From Eledone cirrhosa (taxonomy: Eukaryota), in NCBI GenBank assembly GCA_964016885.1, contig OZ024752.1, positions 27,900,001 through 27,964,000 of the forward strand: a stretch of DNA of 64,000 bases. The letters run 5' to 3'. This document shows positions 12,073-25,083 of the stretch, piece by piece. The notes below the pieces were generated by a model that worked only from the letters and a program-made list of their open reading frames with translations, did not search any database and was not told the DNA's origin. A program made the translations under genes and the position numbers. How positions within the stretch are numbered: position 1 is the first letter of the stretch; the number at the start of each line of letters is the position of its first letter.

Positions 12073-13635
12073 CTACTGTCCATATATCTTGAGAAAGGTC
12101 CCGGCTCTAATGTGTCTGCATGTCCCGAAGAAGTCGGTTCTGAGGTTTATCAGGCCGCTTCCACCTCTTAGTATCTCGAGGGTCTCGTTCAGGCATAGTT
12201 TGCATATGCAAGATCCCCCTTTATCGGGTGGTACTTTCCTGATTATGTACCAGGCCAGAGAGTATGGGGTCCTGTCCAGCTTAAGCTTCCAGATCAGGTC
12301 GGAGAGAGCCGTGCTTTTTCTTTTGGCCTCCTTATTGAATGAATGGCGATGGTTGTACCAGCGGTCTTTAAAGCTCGTTGATGTGGTTCCTATGTAGAGG
12401 TGTTCGGAGTTGGGGGTTTTAACCTTACAACCGTATACTAGGTTCTTCTTGAGGCATTCATTACCAAGGGGGCACGATTCAGCGTTTCTGCAGTTGCAGA
12501 GGGTGGTCGGCCTCTGCGTGCCTAGATTAGGGTTCCCGTTATGTGTTACATGTTGGTCTTCCCGCAGGCTCGGTGGGGGTCCCCGGGTCTGTTTGGGTTT
12601 CTTGGGTGGGATCTGGGTCCCCCCTTCCCTCCTTTCACGTGGTTCTGCTGAGTGTTTGTATTGCCATCTTCTGGTTGTGTGTGGTTTTTAAGCCTACTTC
12701 TGTTGATACTAGATATGTGTTGGGCCAGATTTCTCGTGGTGGAATACGAGAGCTTCACAGTGTGTCTGTTGAAGATCCTGTGGTATCTGTGGTCCCTCGG
12801 GAAGCATTTGTCAAGTGTTCCAAAGAATGATCGGGCCAAGCTGTTCATGAGGGCCGCTGAGTAGGGTGGGTGTACCACGTGATTTTTCGGTGTCTCCTCC
12901 TATATGTGTGCGTCGGGGGCGTCGTGATTTGCTGGAGATTTCTTGGGTTGCTGGTGGTTTCCGCACTGTTGCTTCCCCTTTGGGCTCTATGCTTTTTGTT
13001 ATCTTCGCGGCCCGAATCTGTGGGGAAGATCCATCGTGGGGTGGTCCCCCGTTCCCCCCCCCCTACGTGTCCTGTGGTTGGGGTCGTCTGTCCTTGGGTG
13101 GTTAGCGTCACGCCTGAGACTGCTACTCATATTGTGCTTCATCTCGTGGTCAAGCGCACTAGTCACCACCGCCCGTGTGGTGGTGTCGGGCACATGGTGC
13201 CTATTTGTTTCTGCTATGCCTGTATTGTTAGGGTTCGACCCCCCCCCCCCCGGGCAACACGGGTGTGGGTGTCTGTTGGGCTATCCCCATCCCGGCTTTT
13301 CGGACCATATGTTATATTTTGGCCATGTGCCGCCTTCTTTAGAGCTGCGTTGTTATATTCCGCGTGGTTTTGAATATTTCCTTACTTGCGGACAGACTGG
13401 AGATCCTGTTCGAGACACTCTTCACCACTGCCTTGGTTATGGATCTAGGGTGGTTTGATTTCGCGTTAACATATACGAGTCTCTCGTTGGGCTTGTGGTA
13501 GGGGTAGTATTGATCGGTGTTCAGGTTTAGGGTGGTGTCTAGGAAGTTAACTACCTTCCTATTTGGGTCTATTTCTCTGCCTAGCCCCTGGTTCTTAAAG
13601 ATATGGCGAATACGCCTCCTCATTCCCTCCAACAC
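12073..13635 (-). mobile_element. Penelope-like retroelement, 5'-truncated and frameshifted (RT C-terminus, linker, GIY-YIG endonuclease); Nematis/Neptune-type
   Basis: Translated motifs: VNFLDTTLNL..YHKPNE..YV...SNHPRSI; ITW..PPYS..IFNRHTVKLSYS; CNCRNAESCPLGNECLKKNLVY..LYIGTTSTSFKDRWYNH..CKLCLNE..INLR..CRH. TAG at 12073-12075. Confidence 0.9.
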
Positions 13636-13752
13636 GTATATATATATATTTTTATATATATATATATATAACGAAGGAAATGTGGTAAGGTACCATAACG
13701 CACCAAAGTACTCAATACTTGGGTAGTAGAGTGGGTAATAGGAACCAGTAAG

Positions 13753-13846
13753 ACCCCGACGGCTGAGCTCAAGCCGTTTCGACGGCTAATTCTGGACTAA
13801 ATGAAAATTTATCCTGGTATTTAAATAGCCGAGCTTCTCAAGGGGT
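13753..13846 (-). ncRNA. Hammerhead motif, U3-A8 core variant
   Basis: Reverse-complement copy of 14690-14783 within an inverted repeat of about 225 bp. Confidence 0.6.
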
Positions 13847-14293
13847 AATTCCATATATGGTCAAAGTGATTGTCACAAGGATTGGTCACAAGTTAGTAGT
13901 AATTCTGTGATGGCAAATTAGTGGGGGAAGGGGTAGCTAAACCTGCCGGTAGGAGAAAAAGGGGAGCCTTATTTTACTTTTACTTCGTACGAACTTTCAT
14001 GTAGCTTATATAAGAACTTTTGTAGCGTGGCGGTACCCTTAGAGTTAGCATTAGTATTTTTTTTCGGGACTCTGAACTATTATTTCATACTAGTTTACTT
14101 TTCTGTACTGGGTAGAAACCTTTATTAATTATTTCGTGGTAGTTTCTTTAGTATTTTGGCCCCCACTTTGTTGACCCATTCACCGTATGATATACGTACT
14201 TATACCTCTTAAAAGGGTCCCTTCTTATACCGTGCCACCTAGTTTATTTATTTATTATTATTATTATTTTTTTTATTTATTTATTTTATTTTA

Positions 14294-14325
<32 letters not shown>

Positions 14326-14689
14326 ATTTTTTTTTTATTTATTTCTTTAGCCTAACAATAGCGAGAGACTTAGGTCGTAGAAATTGCTTATTTTTTTCTT
14401 TATATTTATTCGCTATCACTCTCAGTATTTTTTTTTTAAATATATTTTTACCCTTCATTGTTCTACTTACTGTTTCGACTTCCTCCTCCTCCCCCTCCCT
14501 AGTATCTTCTTTGACCTCACGCCCAGCTGTAGCCGGCACTACCAACGCTTGAATGGGTCTACTCTACCCCCTCCCCTTTTCTCCTACTGGCAGGTTTAGC
14601 TACCCCTTTCCCCACTAATTTGCCATCACAAAATTACTACTAACTTGTGACCAATCCTTGTGACAATCACTTTGACCATATATGGAATT

Positions 14690-14783
14690 ACCCCTTGAGA
14701 AGCTCGGCTATTTAAATACCAGGATAAATATTCATTTAGTCCAGAATTAGCCGTCGAAACGGCTTGAGCTCAGCCGTCGGGGT
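14690..14783 (+). ncRNA. Hammerhead motif, U3-A8 core variant
   Basis: ACCCC TTGAGAA g..cggcta[long loop]tagccgtc GAA ACGGCT-tgagctc-AGCCGT C GGGGT; GUC triplet. Confidence 0.62.
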
Positions 14784-14793
14784 TTTACTGGTT

Positions 14794-14841
<48 letters not shown>

Positions 14842-15465
14842 AAGAGTGAAGAATATCATGGTCAACTGTACAAGAAGACTTTTATTAACAATTATTTTAC
14901 AGAATTAACAATTGTTTTACAGAAAGAAAGAAGAAAAAAGAAGAAAGAAAAAAGATAAATAAAAATAAAAATAGAGAGAACAAATAAAAGTAATGATAAT
15001 AAATGAATAATTGTTTCTACTTTTTGGCACAAGGCCAGCAATTAATCCAGTGTATTACTGATACTTTATTTTATCGACCCGTAAGGATGAAAGGAAAAGT
15101 AATAATAATAAATAAGTTATAACGTAGATGATTAAAAAAAAAAGTTATATGTGTGCAAAGAAAATGAACATAATATGATTGTTGAAAATAGTTGTGGTGT
15201 TGGTGGTTAAAATACAAAGATACGATGGTATAAACATGAAAATATTAAATATATTCATATATATGTATTAGATGAATTAATTAATTAATAAATTGGAAGT
15301 TATATTAGAAGTGAAGATAATACGATAGGATATAATGTAAAAGGTGAAATAGGTTTAGGGAAAGAAACTGAAAGATAGAAAATGAAAGAGAGAAAATATA
15401 ATAGGTTATGATGTTGATTCATTGACAGTTAATAACAATAATAATAATAATGATGTTAATGGGTT

Positions 15466-15498
<33 letters not shown>

Positions 15499-15539
15499 CG
15501 ATATTAAATAAATGGAAACTATATTTATAAAACCATATT

Positions 15540-15605
15540 TATTTCATTATATATATTTCAGGGATATCATATTAACAATATGCTATGCCTTCCTCAGACA
15601 AAATA
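15540..15605 (-). ncRNA. Type I minimal hammerhead ribozyme
   Basis: Reverse complement of 17599-17664. Confidence 0.75.
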
Positions 15606-17240
15606 CAATATAAACAGTTTTATAGATAAATAGATTTGACATACCGTACAACATCGACTTGTATTTGAAAAGTTGAATTGGCAGTGAAAACATTGTACAC
15701 AGAGAGAAAGAAAGAGAGAAAAAAAAAGGAAAGAAAGACAGAAAACGAAGAAAAAGAAGAAAAAGAAGAAATGCATGGAACAAAATAGAGAGATGGAAAG
15801 ATAGATAAAGAGAAGAACTTCATGTAAAGAAACAGAGAGAGATATATATATAGAGAGAGAGGAAATAGAGATAGATATATATATAGAAAACTAGGTAGTG
15901 GGACATCCGTTGAGTAAACGTATCAATGATACATTTATTTATTTATTTAGCTCTAGTATTAATGTAAGGGAGATATATGTGGTTAGGAGCTGTTATATAT
16001 AGAGAAAAATTAAAAGTAACCAGACATAGGCGAGGCATAGGTACTCTGGCAACTTAAGCTAGATAACGTTAGAAATTCGACGGCTTGGAATATAGTCTCA
16101 AGAGGGATTCCTTTTAATTCATCCTCTGAGACATGTGACCTCTGCGCAGAGGAGATATTCTTTATACTAAAATCTAAAAATTCCCTTAATCTACGGACAA
16201 ATTTATTCAGTTGCTGCAAACATAGATTAAACTCAACTTTTAAATATAAATTTAAATTTAAAATGTAGTATATTTAGTTTGATTTATAATTATATGGGAA
16301 ACTAGCCGATAAATCTTTCGATTTCCTTTTATTCTTTTTATTTTTATTTTTATTTAAACATTCTTCATGAAAAATTAAACTACCTTAAAAGTTGATGCTC
16401 CAAATATTTCGAATAAACGTTACACTAGATAAACTTCTATATTAAATATAAGAACACATGTAGACCAAATGGGCATCCTAAACTTTTTGAAATGATTTTT
16501 GCTAGATGCGATTTGATAAATAATTTTTAGCTTTATCTGTTTTTCGACTCTGATGCTTATAATGAACTTGGCAATATATTGTCAATTAATTTTGAAGGGT
16601 TGATCTTTGTGGTTTATTTTTATTATTGTAGTATTTTCTAATATTTTTATTTTTAATATGTAATATTTTTAATATGTAATATTCTTTCGTAATATTTTTT
16701 AGTTTTCTATTTTATTATTATTATTTATTATTATTATTATTATTGTTGTTTTTTGGTTTTTGTTTCTGATATATATTTTTTTATTAATATATTGAAATCT
16801 GCTCTCTATTTCTGCTTGATAGATAATCTTGTAGAGTAAAGACAAGAATAGTAGTAATATAGACTCTATATATATGTGTGTATATATATACACATATATG
16901 TATACTTAAATTTTTATAGCACAATGAGAATGTTTTCCGTGAACTTAGGGTTTGCAGAGTTGATCATGTAAATTCACATAGATGTTTGTAGTTATCACAT
17001 AAACATATGAATTTTTTTTTAAAAACTAAACATAAGATCATTACTTTTCACACATTATGGATACATGTCTCATTCAGGAATACTGATATTTACAATATAG
17101 TGGCTGGTTTTTATACATACTAATACCTCTACATTAAAACATAGGGTTTTTATGCCTCGCCTATGTCTGGTTACTTTTAATTTTTCTCTCTATATAACAG
17201 CTCCTAACCACATATATCTCCCTTACATTAATACTAGAGC

Positions 17241-17271
<31 letters not shown>

Positions 17272-17598
17272 ATGTATCATTGATACGTTTACTCAACGGA
17301 TGTCCCACTACCTAGTTTTCTATATATATATCTATCTCTATTTCCTCTCTCTCTATATATATATATCTCTCTGTTTCTTTACATGAAGTTCTTCTCTTTA
17401 TCTATCTTTCCATCTCTCTATTTTGTTCCATGCATTTCTTCTTTTTCTTCTTTTTCTTCGTTTTCTGTCTTTCCTTTTTTTTTTTCTCTCTTTCTTTCTC
17501 TCTGTGTACAATTTTTTCACTGCCAATTCAACTTTTCAAATACAAGTCGATGTTGTACGGTATGTCAAATCTATTTATCTATAAAACTGTTTATATTG

Positions 17599-17664
17599 TA
17601 TTTTGTCTGAGGAAGGCATAGCATATTGTTAATATGATATCCCTGAAATATATATAATGAAATA
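17599..17664 (+). ncRNA. Type I minimal hammerhead ribozyme
   Basis: TATTTTGT CTGAGGA agg.ata.catatt-gtt-aatatg.tat.cct GAA ATATATAT A ATGAAATA. Confidence 0.78.
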
Positions 17665-17791
17665 AATAAGGTTTTATAAATATAGTTTCCATTTATTTAA
17701 TATCGTAAATATACTCCAAATACTTGTCGAGTGCTTTTATATCAGTTATAAATATTTACTAGTTGTAACCCAACAATTTAAATATAACTTT

Positions 17792-17882
<91 letters not shown>

Positions 17883-17889
17883 TATATAT

Positions 17890-17940
<51 letters not shown>

Positions 17941-18061
17941 ACGGAGGAGTTGTGGTAAGGAACCAGATGTAGCTTAACGCACCAGAGTACTCAATACTTA
18001 GGGTAGTAGAGTGGGTAATAGGAGAAAGTATGCCGTCGGGGTCATACTTTCTCATATATAT

Positions 18062-18108
18062 ATTCCTGATGATTTCTCAAGAATGAAACAGGTCTAGTCC
18101 TGTAGAAT
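18062..18108 (+). ncRNA. Type I hammerhead ribozyme (stem I truncated by a TA tract)
   Basis: ATTC CTGATGA tttctcaagaat GAA ACAGG-tctagt-CCTGT A GAAT. Confidence 0.72.
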
Positions 18109-18125
18109 CTCATCTATATTAAAAC

Positions 18126-18206
<81 letters not shown>

Positions 18207-18786
18207 TAGAAAGAGAGAGAGACAGAGAGGGAGAGGGAGTGAGTGTGTGACTGAGAGATTATATTAGAACAGAAGAGAGAAACAAGAAGGAAAGCACAAG
18301 ATATTGGAGTAGCTAACGAAAACTAACCGGATGGAAGAATGAAAGAGAGAATGAATTGGTGTAATTAACAAATGTGTGGCAAACGAAAAGAAAGACAATC
18401 TAAACGAAGAAATGATTGACAGTGCCAAGTATATAACCTTTGAAACAATAGAACAAAACTAAGATAATTGAAGTATGTGGAGGCGGTGTAGGCGAATGTC
18501 CTTAAAGTATTGAAAGATAAGTATAAAGAGAGAGGGTTTAGTTGGTGTGTTCCAAAGATAATCCATTATTGATTGTTGGTGTTAATGTTAAGCTATGCTT
18601 TCACTGTTATTAAATAGTTACTTGATTAGTGTATAACATATAAAGGAGTGTGGGTGTGGAGAGAGGAAGGGGAAGGAAGAGGAATAAAGAAAGACAAAGA
18701 ATGGTGGGGTTTATATTTTAATTGTCCAAACACATACATAAAGTCGTCGAAACACACACAGTGATATATTCATATAATCATTAACA

Positions 18787-18938
<152 letters not shown>

Positions 18939-19116
18939 GGATCGATTGTGCATTGGATATCGAATGCTCTACTAAATATATAATATTATAGATGTAGCGA
19001 GATCTAGGCAAATAGATGTCTATTGAAACGTACGTAAGAACCGAATAAATCTCTTTTACTGATTCTTTCTGTTCTTTTTAATTCTTTATATATATATATA
19101 TATATGTATGTATATG

Positions 19117-19205
<89 letters not shown>

Positions 19206-19392
19206 GTATATATACATATATATACATATATATATATACACATATATATATATATAAATAATTATTGTATATATATATAAATGTGTATATATATAAATAT
19301 ATATATATATATATGCATATAAATATATATATAAATATATACATATATAAATATATATATGTATATATATATAAATATATATATATATATGT

Positions 19393-19748
19393 ATCTATCT
19401 ATCTATCTAAGGCGGGTAAAATTCCCGAGATCCATGGACGAGTTCTCTCCAGCGGTCTCTGTCCCTCATTATCGCTGCCATATCCTGCATCTCCAACAGA
19501 CCTGTGTCTGTCCTTAGGGCATCAACATATGTTAACCTTGGTCTTCCTCTTCTAGTGTGTCCATGTAGGGGCTCCCAAAGGAGCACTGAGTGCAATGTCA
19601 ACTCTGGATGTCGGTGAGCATGTCCAGCCAACCTCAGTCTCCTCTGTGTCACTTTTGAGCTGACTTTTGGGATGCTCCCATACGGCTCTGAGTTTTTCAT
19701 CCTCAGTGTATACTGATTAATGTTCAGAGCCATCCTCAGCATTCTCGT
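19393..19748 (-). mobile_element. RTE-clade LINE 3' end
   Basis: RRLRLAGHAHRH..LLWEPLHGHTRRGRPRLTYVD..RDRDRWR..EFYPP*, followed directly by (TAGA)n; same family as 40299-41312. Confidence 0.85.
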
Positions 19749-19950
19749 ATATATATATATATGTGTGTGTGTATGTGTATATATTTATATATATTATATA
19801 AGTATATATAAGTATATGGTGAGTAATAACCCAGTTACAAATATGGATATAGCTCGATGTAATATAACAAGTATCATACAGAGCCGAAATCGGATGAAAC
19901 GGTCGTCAGTTATTAAATGTTTAAAATATTATATATTATATATTATACAT

Positions 19951-20239
<289 letters not shown>

Positions 20240-20430
20240 AATGAACTTTTTTTGTTTAATATAAGGAATTGTTTATTCATTATTTGTTTAATATTTTATC
20301 TTGACTCTGTATACCGTTTATCTTTCACCGAAAGTGATTTTTCATTACATCTCTTCTTTCCATGATATCCGGAATACATTGAGTTCTTCATACGGATTGG
20401 ACACTACCGTAAACTTTTGGTAGATTTATC

Positions 20431-20477
<47 letters not shown>

Positions 20478-21059
20478 CAGAGTGTATATATATAGATATA
20501 TACTACTTTTATGATTTGACTATTTCTCCAACATTCACTCGCTATCTTTCTCTATCTTTCACCCCTAATTGACCTGTAATATATAACAGATATTCAATAG
20601 AGATCGGTATTTATTTTACAAAATAACGATACTGTTTTCAGAAAATCTGTCATTAAACGCTACCAAATACCACCCAACGCTTTCACTAGTACATCCACAA
20701 CAACCACAGCGGGACTAAAATCGCTATTCTCCATCACTAAAACGAATAGTAATCTATATTTGCAATTATCACAGTCATCACCAGTATGAGAAATTCCATT
20801 ATCAAAACCTCCATGACAACGAACACCAACTGCAAGAGTGACACATGTAATACAACAATAATACTATCATTACCTTTACATCTATCATTAATACCACAAG
20901 AACAATAACTAATAGTACCATTATCTCTAATGGCAAGACCACAATTCCAGACCCACGCCACGTTATCTCCTACACCAATACCCCAACACCGCCATTACAA
21001 TCACCTCCACAAACACAATCACTACTACTCCAACACCACCACCAACACTCTAAAAACGG

Positions 21060-21235
21060 TGTATAGAATGACAAAGCTGATGATTATATTGTGCTGAGAG
21101 TGTATGGTGAGTATGATCAAGCATTGTTAGTAATGTGTGCGGCTATTTAATTTCTTTCACTATATAAGCTCGGCTCTGAAGTGAGACCAGTGTCCAGTCT
21201 GTGAAATAAGCCATAGCTGAAACACTAGCTTTGAA
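21060..21235 (+). promoter_or_regulatory. Core promoter and 5' leader of S-crystallin A (ARE-like ATGACAAAGC 21068-21077, TATATAA 21161-21167)
   Basis: The TATA box is followed by the block ctgaagtgagaccagtgtccagtctgtgaa, which is identical in gene B. RTGACnnnGC is the antioxidant response element consensus. Confidence 0.75.
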
Positions 21236-21271
21236 GTTCACCAACTTTAAAACCAACCTTAAACACCAACC

Positions 21272-21404
21272 ATGCCTTCCTACACTCTCCACTACTTCAA
21301 CCACCGTGGCCGTGCTGAAATATGCCGTATGATGTTTGCAGCTGCTGGTGTCCAGTACAATGACCGCAGGATCGAATACTCAGACTGGGACAACTTCAGG
21401 AACA
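21272..21404 (+). CDS. S-crystallin A exon 1 ([44 protein letters not shown])
   Basis: ATG at 21272, about 110 nt after TATATAA. GST N-domain motif YF..RGRAE. Donor GTATGT at 21405, phase 1. Missed by the ORF track. Confidence 0.95.
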
Positions 21405-21647
21405 GTATGTAAACGTTTTATATATACCGGTAATTCGTGATTATATATATATATATATGTATATATAACATAATATACGCATAAAAATATATGAGCATAT
21501 ACATTGATATATAAAGACCAAACTCCAGCGTGAACTCGGTAACGGTTGTATATATATAAGTGTATAGAGCAAATATTTATTATCCGCACATATTAAAAGT
21601 TTAAGCATACAGCTTCTACTTTCACTTTCTGATCTGTGTTGATAATA

Positions 21648-21697
<50 letters not shown>

Positions 21698-21960
21698 CGA
21701 GGGAAAAGTGGTAAGGAACCAGGTGGACCATAACGCACCAAAGTACTCAATACTTAGGGTAGTAGAGTGGGAAATAGGAGTAAGTAAGACCCCGACGGCT
21801 GAGCTCAAGCCGTTTCGACGGCTAATTCTGTACTGAAATTATTCAGTACAGAATTAGCCGTCGAAACGGCTTGAGCTCAGCCGTCGGGGTCTTACTTACT
21901 CCTATATATATATATATACAATATATTAACAATTGGAAACTATATTTATAAAACCATATT

Positions 21961-22025
21961 TATTTCATTATACATATTTCAAGGACATCAAGTTAAATTA
22001 TGGTATGCTTTCATCAGATAAAATA
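21961..22025 (-). ncRNA. Type I minimal hammerhead in intron 1 of gene A (antisense)
   Basis: TATTTTAT CTGATGA aagcatacca..tgatgtcctt GAA ATATGTAT A ATGAAATA; diverged homologue of 17599-17664. Confidence 0.7.
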
Positions 22026-22158
22026 TGATATAGAGCAGTTTTATAAATAAATAGTTTCCATTTGTTAATATATCGTATTTTTACTCCAATAATTTGTTGA
22101 GTGCTTTATATCAGTTATAAAGATATTTCTTGTTGTATCCCAACAATTTAAATAGAAC

Positions 22159-22193
<35 letters not shown>

Positions 22194-23137
22194 CATATAT
22201 TGGTGTCATGCCAAACGATATATAGTTCAAACTGTCCTATGAAATGTTTTCAGAGGTGTTATTTCGACTGAAAAAGGCGACAGACTGGCAGAATCGTTAG
22301 AGGCTTAGATAAAAGGCTTTGTGTCATTTGTTCCTGCTCTATACGTTCACGCCGAGGTCAACTTTGCCTTACGTCCTTCTGGGGTCGATAAAATAATGTA
22401 CCAGTCAAATATTGGTTTCGATATTATCGACTTCCCCTCCCCACAAATTACAGGCTTTTTGCTTAGTTTAGAAATCGTTATATCGTCTGAATATAAGTGA
22501 CTATTATATAGACGTAAATGTAAACGTTACGTAAGACTATTTGCACAAAACTCTCAATATCGACCGTCTATCGTATTGCTGGTGTTCTTCGTTTCCCTTT
22601 AAGTCTTTCACTGCATATAGTATCCATGTATATATATTTATGGAGCATCTTTTCTTTTACACAATTCTATTCAGTACACAACTTGATCATTTTTATTAAG
22701 GATCTAATCAGATTCCGAGTCCTTACAAAAAGGTCTTCATTCAAGGAATACTAATATTAGTGGCATATTGTTCACATGAATGACAGTAGTCATATATAGG
22801 CATGGGTATAACAAATCAATGACGCTTCATTTAAAAAGTATTCAATGGGTGAAGCATGACAGTTTATATAAATATGTATCAATTATTGGTTTATATAATG
22901 ACAATAGTAAACCCCTGTAATTAGACTACTAGCTTTGTGACGGGAGCTCTCTATATATAATTTAGTATAATCAAATAACGATTTCATATCTAATTGTGTT
23001 GCATGTTCTATATAATAATATGTTGCCCTAGATTGTTGGAAGTGACATGTGTGTATGTCCAAAGTAAGAATTATTGTCATACAAACACGGACACGTTCAT
23101 ATATATATATATATATATTTATTAAAATAACAGATTA

Positions 23138-23283
<146 letters not shown>

Positions 23284-23654
23284 TAACAGATTAAAGTTTA
23301 AGCAAAGAATTGCAGCGATTCTTTGCTTCAACTTTAATCTGTTATTTTAATAAATATTTGCTCTACGGTTCTAACTAATATATGTTTATCCTTATCGAGC
23401 CCTCTTTGGATTGTAATCTTCAAATTTATTATTATTACTATATATATATATACAGCGCCGAAACATCGCATCGGGAAATTTACAGCTGACAAAGGAATCT
23501 CCTTTCTTCCTTTCTCCTCTTGTTTTGTCCTAACCACCATCCTTAACCTTGTTTTTAGTAACCACACAGCTACTTTCGTTTCGTATCATTATATATATAT
23601 ATATATATATATATAAATGTATTTCGATATACATAACATACTCTTATTATATGT

Positions 23655-24018
23655 ATTGGCAGTATCGGTAGAGGGGTGGACGCCATGCTTTGACGCACAG
23701 AGTTACGGCCCTTTCCATTCTGAGTTCAAATCCCGCCGAGGTCAACTTTGCCTTTCATCTTTACAGGGTCGATACAATAAAGTACCAGTAATGTACTGGG
23801 TAATTGCTGGCCTTGTGCCAAACGTAGAAACAATTATATGTATTATTATATGACGGTCGGACGCCATGCATTACAGCAAAGAGTTACGGCCGTTTATGGT
23901 CTGAGTTAAAATCCCGCCGAGGTTAACTTTGCCTTTCATCTTTACGGGAGTCGATAAAATAAAGTACCAGTAATACACTGGGATAATTGCTGGCTTGTGC
24001 CAAAAGTAGAAACAATTA
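23655..24018 (+). mobile_element. Two tandem SINE family 1 copies in intron 1 of gene A
   Basis: 23655-23835 and 23852-24018. Further copies at ~15008, 22280, 26018, 28617, 34822, 37968, 46174, 59810 and 63805. Confidence 0.85.
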
Positions 24019-24199
24019 TATGTATTATATTCTGCCTGGACTTCCAACCGACAGATGGTATTAACGACAATTGGGAAGATCAATGGAAACATTGTTTCCT
24101 CGGTCCGATTTGACGAGCTCCACCCCACTAGTTGATCGAATCAGGTCTGGAATCTTGTCAATCCACTATATGTACACCGTGTATATTTTCTTCTTGCAG

Positions 24200-24295
24200 A
24201 GATGCCATGTCACATGATGCCAATGTTGGAAATGGACAACAGGACCCAGATACCCCAGACAATGGCTATGGCTAGATATTTGGCCAGGGAATTCG
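24200..24295 (+). CDS. S-crystallin A exon 2 ([32 protein letters not shown])
   Basis: Acceptor ttcttgcag, donor gtaagt; 96 nt, phase 1/1; GST GSH-site motifs MP.L and Q[ST].A..RYLAR. Confidence 0.95.
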
Positions 24296-24949
24296 GTAAG
24301 TAAACATCATTTATTCAAAAAATGTTCTTCTCTCTCTTTCTCTACCCCTCTCTCTCGATCTGTTTCTCCCATTAACGTCTCATCATCACATATCCTCTTT
24401 ACTATGTCTCTGTCTCTCCTCCTCTTCCCTTCCATGATTTGCATATCCATGCTAGATATATGTTTGTGAATCTATCATATACTCTTTCTCTCCGGACAAC
24501 AACTTATCCCCTTCTTTAAGTATCACTTCAGAAGAGTATCACTTCAGAGAGTGGAGAGAGAGGTGCTACACCTCAGTAAATTCGCTGAAAGGTGGGTGAA
24601 TGTGGCAAAAATGGCCCGAGTGAATGGGCTTTCTCTGTATATAAACCTGTAGGTTGAGGAAGATAAACAGAGGGAAGACAGCCACACCTACAAAACGTGT
24701 TCCTGGTGTTGAGTGTTGTTCTATCCACAGGGTGTAAAACAACCCTGCAGTAACGTTCCCCCTATTAGGGATTTCAATTGTTATTTTATTATATATAATT
24801 TATTGTTATTTATTATTGTTAAAGTTATTTTTAAGTAAAACCCTTGCCGTCACGTCTTGTAATGTCCCATTTTTGTACGGCCCTGTGGCAAATAAAGAAA
24901 GATATCATATATATAGTCTATTTTGTGTGGTACTTTCTGGCGTAATTCT

Positions 24950-24990
<41 letters not shown>

Positions 24991-25083
24991 ATCTCCCTTC
25001 TCTCTCTATTCATATATATATATATATATATGATGCCTCCATATATATATGTTTAAGCCAATGATAAATAATTTCCGTTGCAG

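Larger units (their letters stand above)
15498..17795. repeat. Long inverted repeat element, arms of about 545 bp
   Basis: 15498-16039 versus 17151-17706, near identical. A diverged copy lies at ~21918-22162. Confidence 0.9.

Noticed and set aside
11990-13458. Plus-strand GC-rich ORFs as a host gene
   Set aside because: They are antisense shadows of the minus-strand Penelope ORF.
16010-16700. Coding sequence in the spacer of the long inverted repeat
   Set aside because: Short ORF with no recognisable motif and many stops nearby.
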